Of a stretch of DNA of 11,551 nucleotides, positions 6,912-11,551 are shown in pieces. The stretch is from Candidatus Micrarchaeia archaeon. GTDB lineage: Archaea; Micrarchaeota; Micrarchaeia; Micrarchaeales; CABMGC01. The stretch lies in the NCBI GenBank assembly GCA_049976845.1, contig JBMFHL010000022.1, forward strand, positions 1 to 11,551. Direction: 5' to 3'. The first letter of the stretch is position 1, and each line of letters opens with the position of its first letter. The position numbers were made by a program, and so were the translations under genes. The notes under the pieces were generated by a model, which saw only the letters and a list, made by a program, of their open reading frames with translations, was not told the DNA's origin and did no database searches.

Positions 6912-8528
6912 ATGAAATTTGAGAATGAATTCACTTATAGGAAGTTCGTGGAGAGCGGCAAGGAGGAGGAGTTTGACAGGTTATTTGACGAAGCTGTTCA
7001 AAAGGCGAAGAATACTATACTGGGCAAGAGGTTTCCCATGTACATAGACGGCAAGGAAGTTTATTCTAATCAAGAATTGCTAGAGTATTCTCCTATAGAC
7101 AAAAATATTCTAATAGGAAAATTTCAGAAAGGCTCAAGGGAGCACGCAACGCAGGCAATAAACGCGGCGCTCAAGGCATTCAAATCATGGAGCGGCACAG
7201 GCTACAGGGAAAGGGCAAGCATATTCAGGAATGCGGCTGAAATATTTGCAAGGGAGAAGTTCAACGTAGCAGCCATACTGAGCATAGAAAATGGCAAGAC
7301 AAGATATGAATCAGTTGGAGAAGTCGACGAGGCGATAGACTTTCTTAGATATTACGCGCTTGAGCTGGAAAGGAATAAAGGCTATATTAGAAGACTAAAG
7401 CTAATCGGCAGCAGCGCGAAGGTCGATGCCGGTTTCCAGGGCGCCCCAGGCTCAAAGGAAGATATTACAATAGCAATGAAACCCTACGGCGTATTTGGGG
7501 TTATAGCCCCGTTCAATTTTCCAATATCAATATCCGTCGGCATGAGCACAGGCGCATTAATAACAGGCAACACTGTGGTTTTCAAGCCCTCTTCTACTGA
7601 CAACATGTCAATGCTTACTGGGCTGAAAATATACGAGATATTCAAGGAGGCGGGAGTGCCTGATGGTGTTTTCAACTATATAACAGGCGCAGGCTCGGAG
7701 GTCGGAGACGAAATAGCAATGAGCAAGGATGTTAGCGGCATAGTCTTCACTGGCTCAAGGATAACAGGATTGTCAATGCTTGCAAGGAACTACTCAACTG
7801 GAATGCAAAAGGTATTTATAGTTGAGATGGGCGGCAAAAACCCTGCAATAGTCTCAAAATACGCAGATCTCGATGCCGCAGCGTCAGGCATTGCAAGCGC
7901 CGCTTTCGGCTTCGACGGCCAAAAGTGTAGCGCGTGCTCAAGGGTATATGTGCACGAGTCTGTGAAAGAGGAGTTCATAAGCAAGCTTGTCGAGCGCATG
8001 AGGTCATTTAAGATAGGGGATCCATTGGAAAAAGGCATATACATGGGTCCGCTGATAAGCGAGAAAGCGCATCAGCGTTTCGCTGAGTCTGTTGCAGAGG
8101 CAAAAAAGAACGGCAACGTGATTTACGGCGGCAACGACGTGCCTGGCAAGAACGGCTTTTACGTTGAGCCCACGCTGGTAGAGATAGACAATAGCAGCAG
8201 GCTGTTCAAGGAGGAGCTGTTCCTTCCCTTCCTTGTGCTGACAACATACAAGAAGCTTGACGAAGCAATAGCAATGGCAAACGGCGTAGAATATGGGTTG
8301 ACTGCCGGCTTTTACAGCAAGAAGAAAAGTGAGATAAGGGAATTCCTTGACAATATAGAAGCAGGCGTCGTATATGTCAACAGAAGCATAAGCGCAACGA
8401 CAGGCGCGATAGTTGGTTTCCACACATTCGTTGGATGGAAAGGCAGTGGTCTAACTGGCAAGGGCACAGGAAGCAAATTCTATCTTCAGCAGTTTCTCAG
8501 GGAGCAGAGCGAAGCTGTAGTGAAATAA
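6912..8528 (+). CDS. Aldehyde dehydrogenase, probably 1-pyrroline-5-carboxylate (glutamate semialdehyde) dehydrogenase
   Basis: N-terminal FENE, EVDEAIDFLRYYA, PFNFP, FTGS, EMGGKN, GQKCSACSR (catalytic Cys in a P5CDH-like CSA context), YGLTAG, YVNR..TGAIVG. GGTGA SD at 6903-6907 supports ATG 6912. Confidence 0.88.
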   Translation: MKFENEFTYRKFVESGKEEEFDRLFDEAVQKAKNTILGKRFPMYIDGKEVYSNQELLEYSPIDKNILIGKFQKGSREHATQAINAALKAFKSWSGTGYRERASIFRNAAEIFAREKFNVAAILSIENGKTRYESVGEVDEAIDFLRYYALELERNKGYIRRLKLIGSSAKVDAGFQGAPGSKEDITIAMKPYGVFGVIAPFNFPISISVGMSTGALITGNTVVFKPSSTDNMSMLTGLKIYEIFKEAGVPDGVFNYITGAGSEVGDEIAMSKDVSGIVFTGSRITGLSMLARNYSTGMQKVFIVEMGGKNPAIVSKYADLDAAASGIASAAFGFDGQKCSACSRVYVHESVKEEFISKLVERMRSFKIGDPLEKGIYMGPLISEKAHQRFAESVAEAKKNGNVIYGGNDVPGKNGFYVEPTLVEIDNSSRLFKEELFLPFLVLTTYKKLDEAIAMANGVEYGLTAGFYSKKKSEIREFLDNIEAGVVYVNRSISATTGAIVGFHTFVGWKGSGLTGKGTGSKFYLQQFLREQSEAVVK

Positions 8529-8570
8529 AAAGCGAGAAAGCGCAAAAGGAGCTAGAGCCGAGCTAACCGC

Positions 8571-8606
8571 AAAAATGTGAAAAAAAGAAAAGGAAAAGAA
8601 GAAAGA
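8571..8606 (-). terminator. Pyrimidine/oligo(T) tract downstream of the minus-strand orphan gene
   Basis: Plus-strand AAAAATGTGAAAAAAAGAAAAGGAAAAGAAGAAAGA reads as repeated T runs on the minus strand, 40-75 nt after the stop at 8648. Confidence 0.5.
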
Positions 8607-8647
8607 GCGAACAAGGCAGAGTGTACGAGTGGGGAAATATACAGCTC

Positions 8648-9574
8648 TTACCTCTTCGTCCCTTCAAGCATGAGTTCTTTCGGGTCTATGCCATTCATTA
8701 GCTCCTCCACTTGCGTGTGAAGCTCTATTATCTGCTGGTTCATAGCCCTTATCCTAGCTATATTCTTTACTTTTGATATTTTATTTGAGTTCATTACGGC
8801 AATCTCGGTGCTCAACTGGTCTATTTTCTTGTTGCTGTCCTTTATCATGTCCCTTATATACATCTTCACAGTAGTAGGCGTATCAGCGTATTCAAGCACC
8901 TTTACAGCAGTCATTACCGCAAGGTAGTTGTCTCTGAGCCTCTTCCCAAGCCCTATTATGAGGTTTGTAGTTGAGTTTGAAAAGTCCATCAAGGATTCGG
9001 CAGTGAAAGCCTTCTCGAGCAGCAAAGGTATTATGTGTACTTCGTAGTCCCACGAGTTACCAAGCTTGTCCCTTATAGACAATATGTTGTCCATTATTAT
9101 TGTCAGCTCGTTTATATTCTCAACCTTGTTTATCCAGCTCTGGAGCACAAGCACGTTATAGGCTTCTTTTTTGCTTTCTCCGAACCTTCTCTTGTAATCA
9201 TTTAGCAGCATGTTTGCAATCTTCGCCCTTGCATTATCAGTACTGGCATCGGAGCTGCTCTTATCTTCCTGCTTAAGCGCATTATAGTGCTTTATAAGTT
9301 CAGAGACATCCTCAGACTCGCTCAATACCATATAAACAGCATCAACAGCCTTCGATATACTCCCAGTCCTCTTGTAATAGCTGAGTACCAATGCCCCTGT
9401 CACTTCCGCATATTTCCTATACTCTGTGTTATTCTTCGCCTTTTTTATAATAAGCTCAAAAAGATGATTCTGCGCAGCAACGCCAGATTCTATTTCATTT
9501 CCTTTCTGGGCCATTTGATCAACTCCCATTCCTTCGAAACTTACACCACTCTCCATCATTATTCCCCCATTCAT
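8648..9574 (-). CDS. Hypothetical all-alpha protein with degenerate ~40-aa repeats and a C-terminal coiled coil
   Basis: 308-codon ORF; AGGAGG SD (9584-9589) 9 nt before ATG 9574; TTAAAAA box near 9629-9635; no family recognised. Confidence 0.75.
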   Translation of the reverse strand: MNGGIMMESGVSFEGMGVDQMAQKGNEIESGVAAQNHLFELIIKKAKNNTEYRKYAEVTGALVLSYYKRTGSISKAVDAVYMVLSESEDVSELIKHYNALKQEDKSSSDASTDNARAKIANMLLNDYKRRFGESKKEAYNVLVLQSWINKVENINELTIIMDNILSIRDKLGNSWDYEVHIIPLLLEKAFTAESLMDFSNSTTNLIIGLGKRLRDNYLAVMTAVKVLEYADTPTTVKMYIRDMIKDSNKKIDQLSTEIAVMNSNKISKVKNIARIRAMNQQIIELHTQVEELMNGIDPKELMLEGTKR

Positions 9575-9713
9575 CTTTATCTTCCTCCTGGCCCTTCAAT
9601 ACCAGAAATACTTTTTTACCTGTCAATGTTTTTAAGCCTATCTGTATTGAATGCCCATTTAGCAAGACAAAACTAAATTTAATCTAATTTTTGTCGATTT
9701 TTGTCCAAATGAA

Positions 9714-9869
9714 TCAATTGCTCTCATGTTCATGTGCATCTGCATAGACTATTCGCCACGAGTTATAACCGTCTCTTATGACCTTTATCGGCCTGCTCTC
9801 GTCAGCATCTGCATAATATGCATAATGCTTCTTTGCGAATATGCCTCTTATTGCATCTGATAAAGTCAT
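9714..9869 (-). CDS. Small 51-aa hypothetical protein (below the ORF-track cutoff)
   Basis: MTLSDAIRGIFAKKHYAYYADADESRPIKVIRDGYNSWRIVYADAHEHESN*. Its ATG overlaps the upstream TGA (ATGA, 9866-9869), is preceded by GAGGGGGCGAGGGT, and the ORF fills an otherwise empty gap. Confidence 0.65.
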   Translation of the reverse strand: MTLSDAIRGIFAKKHYAYYADADESRPIKVIRDGYNSWRIVYADAHEHESN

Positions 9870-10168
9870 ACCCTCGCCCCCTCTAATTGGTGCTTTCTGA
9901 GTGTATAATGCACTTCTACAGCCTTATGCCCCTGCAGTGTCTTTCCTACGAAACCCCTGAGATTCCTGAGCTCATCTATATCATTCTTCGCCTTGATAAC
10001 ATAACCAAAGTCTCCGCTGGTTATCTGCACCTCCTCTACGCCTTTCAATCCAAGCAGTTGCGAAGCCACCTCCTTCGCATTCGTATTCGGCTGCGGTTTT
10101 ATGAAATAAAAGCCGTACCCACCGTGCCTGCATATGTCAATGCTCCATGCGTCCTTTTGTTTTGCCAT
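9866..10168 (-). CDS. Stand-alone Lrp/AsnC ligand-binding (RAM) domain protein lacking an HTH
   Basis: FYFIKPQPNTNAKEVASQLLGLKGVEEVQITSGDFGYVIKA fits the RAM beta-alpha-beta-beta pattern (EV...[TS]G.[FY]D). GGTGGGG SD precedes ATG 10168; an alternative in-frame ATG lies at 10210. Confidence 0.72.
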   Translation of the reverse strand: MAKQKDAWSIDICRHGGYGFYFIKPQPNTNAKEVASQLLGLKGVEEVQITSGDFGYVIKAKNDIDELRNLRGFVGKTLQGHKAVEVHYTLRKHQLEGARV

Positions 10169-10219
10169 ATCCCCACCATATATTATAAATATGCAGCTAA
10201 CAAAAATCATAGATTAGAA

Positions 10220-10323
10220 ATGGTAATGGTATGCACAGACACTGATGTGGTTTGGGAGAGCAAAGAACAAGAGCCTGTGCACATGAGCATTATTATATAT
10301 AATATCTCACTTCCCATTACCAT
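10220..10323 (-). ncRNA. Candidate structured 5' leader or small RNA (three-way junction)
   Basis: P1 AUGGUAAUGG (10323-10314) pairs with CCAUUACCAU (10229-10220); P2 spans 10310-10283; P3 10282-10273 pairs with 10240-10231. G-U pairs work only on the minus strand, and the 5' end is 24 nt from a TTTATA box. Confidence 0.45.
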
Positions 10324-10346
10324 GATATAATTTTTGGCAGAGGAGG

Positions 10347-10359
10347 TATAAATATATAT
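10347..10359 (-). promoter_or_regulatory. TATA box for the minus-strand leader/RAM transcript
   Basis: Minus-strand ATATATATTTATA ends 24 nt upstream of A10323. Confidence 0.55.
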
Positions 10360-10374
10360 CTAAAATTATTTTAG
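10360..10374. promoter_or_regulatory. 15-bp palindrome, candidate Lrp-family operator
   Basis: CTAAAAT-T-ATTTTAG has perfect 7-bp arms and abuts the TATA box. A related CTAAAAA-N10-TTTTTAG lies at 10394-10417. Confidence 0.45.
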
Positions 10375-10486
10375 TTAAATTGATATAATATGCCTAAAAA
10401 ACATAATATATTTTTAGTTTTTGAGATTATAAATAGCATAAGCATATCAAATTTATAACCTTTTATTACAATAAAACTGTGATTTA

Positions 10487-11479
10487 ATGCCATCAAGGGA
10501 GACGCAAGAGTACATAAAGAATCAGCTGCCTTACGAGATTCTGAAGAGGGTATACAAGAATTCAAGGCTTTCCCTCAGAGCCCTGGGCAGGGAACTGAAC
10601 ATCTCTTATCACGTAGTAAAAACAGTACTAAACAAGCTCGAAGATAAATATAATCTAGCATATACCCTGGATTTGGATGAGGTGAAGCTTGGCTTTGCTA
10701 AGGCAAAAATTGTAATAATAAAGTTCAGCGAGAGGCCTGGCATAGACGCAATAAAGAAGGAACTGGTAAATGACCCATATGTGCAGAATGCATACCTAGT
10801 AGAAGGGGATTTCGATTTAATGCTTCATATAGTTGGTTTATCAACAGAGGAGTTTGGCGTTTGGCAATGGCTTTTTAGGCTAAAGTTCAACAATTTCAAG
10901 GTAAAGCTCGAAGTTGCCGATATATCAAGAAATTATGTTGGCTTTTTGCCCTTAAGAAGCGAATTGCTATTAAAGTCGCCGGTGCTCTCGCATTCCGAAA
11001 AGCAGATACTAGTGCAGCTTAACAATAACTCAAAGGAGAAGCTAAGCGAAATTGCAAGGAAGCTCAAGGTAAAGGACCTTGACAGGCTTTTGTACATAAT
11101 AAGGAAGTTGAAGAACAATGGAATAATAAAAAGCTTCTCCGCACTGACGCAGAACCCGGACAAAACACTCTTTTACGTTTTCTCTGTTTATGTAAACCCA
11201 AGCGAGCAGCACAGTGCTTTGGTTAAAAAATTCAACGAAGAGATATTTAAAGAAGAGAATAATATAGTGAGTACCTATAGCTTTATGAGCAGCATGCAGG
11301 GCTTCTGCGATGGCATATACCTATGTGTCTTTAAAGATGGAGAGGAATTAGCAAAAAAGGGTCCTGATTTGATAAAAAGCCTCTGGTCTGCAGAGGATCC
11401 TATAATAAAAAAAGGGGTAATAACCGGAATACTAGTAGGCAAATGGCCTTTCCATTTGGAAGAAATGAAAATAAAATAA
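10487..11479 (+). CDS. Tandem (double) Lrp/AsnC family transcriptional regulator, HTH-RAM-HTH-RAM
   Basis: HTH1 ILKRVYKNSRLSLRALGRELNIS; linker LDEVKLGF; RAM1 VQNAYLVEGDFDLML; HTH2 EKQILVQLNNNSKEKLSEIARKL..LKNNGIIKSF; degenerate RAM2 (QGFCDGIY). Confidence 0.85.
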   Translation: MPSRETQEYIKNQLPYEILKRVYKNSRLSLRALGRELNISYHVVKTVLNKLEDKYNLAYTLDLDEVKLGFAKAKIVIIKFSERPGIDAIKKELVNDPYVQNAYLVEGDFDLMLHIVGLSTEEFGVWQWLFRLKFNNFKVKLEVADISRNYVGFLPLRSELLLKSPVLSHSEKQILVQLNNNSKEKLSEIARKLKVKDLDRLLYIIRKLKNNGIIKSFSALTQNPDKTLFYVFSVYVNPSEQHSALVKKFNEEIFKEENNIVSTYSFMSSMQGFCDGIYLCVFKDGEELAKKGPDLIKSLWSAEDPIIKKGVITGILVGKWPFHLEEMKIK

Positions 11480-11480
11480 A

Positions 11481-11549
11481 CTAAACAATCTTCTTCAGCA
11501 GCTTGTTTGACATCCTTATCCTGCCGTGATAATCATCTTTTATGCTGCT
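11481..11549 (-). CDS. Probable 3' end of a convergent gene entering from the right edge
   Basis: Open minus frame ...SSIKDDYHGRIRMSNKLLKKIV* with TAG at 11481-11483, 1 nt after the Lrp stop. Confidence 0.4.
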   Translation of the reverse strand, partial: SSIKDDYHGRIRMSNKLLKKIV

Positions 11550-11551
11550 TC

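Noticed and set aside
190..9676. Numerous short antisense or shadow ORFs in the track (for example 190-468, 852-1139, 4368-4883, 8004-8423, 9287-9676)
   Set aside because: They overlap well-supported genes on the opposite strand and lack motifs.
10242..10270. CUGAUG on the plus strand suggesting a hammerhead ribozyme
   Set aside because: The core would need CUGANGA plus GAAA at helix junctions; here it is CUGAUGU with no properly placed GAAA.
9887..10330. 147-aa plus-strand ORF
   Set aside because: Antisense to the RAM gene and leader, with no recognisable domain or start signals.
10487..11479. Siroheme decarboxylase (AhbAB/NirDL fusion) as an alternative identity
   Set aside because: It shares the double-Lrp architecture, but I see no HxYxR-type catalytic motif and there are no heme-biosynthesis neighbours.

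Overview
Compact archaeal chromosomal region. The archaeal-type UMP kinase, TATA-driven leaderless starts, tRNA without encoded CCA and tandem Lrp regulator suggest a DPANN/Micrarchaeota-like genome (inference). Left to right: 3' part of an AhpC-type peroxiredoxin, a small 2-TM protein, pyrH, an S66 (MccF/LdcA family) peptidase, tRNA-Val(CAC), a PduO-type cobalamin adenosyltransferase, scpB-scpA, a second S66 peptidase, a TauE/SafE transporter and a P5C-dehydrogenase-like ALDH. The most interesting part is about 8650-11480. A double Lrp/AsnC regulator sits divergently, across a palindrome-bearing AT-rich spacer, from a minus-strand unit. That unit opens with a roughly 104-nt predicted three-way-junction RNA, which also reads as a 38-codon ORF, followed by a stand-alone RAM-domain gene and an unannotated 51-aa ORF, all chained by ATGA overlaps. 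An orphan protein with about 40-aa helical repeats follows. All calls are by eye; no searches or folding programs were run.
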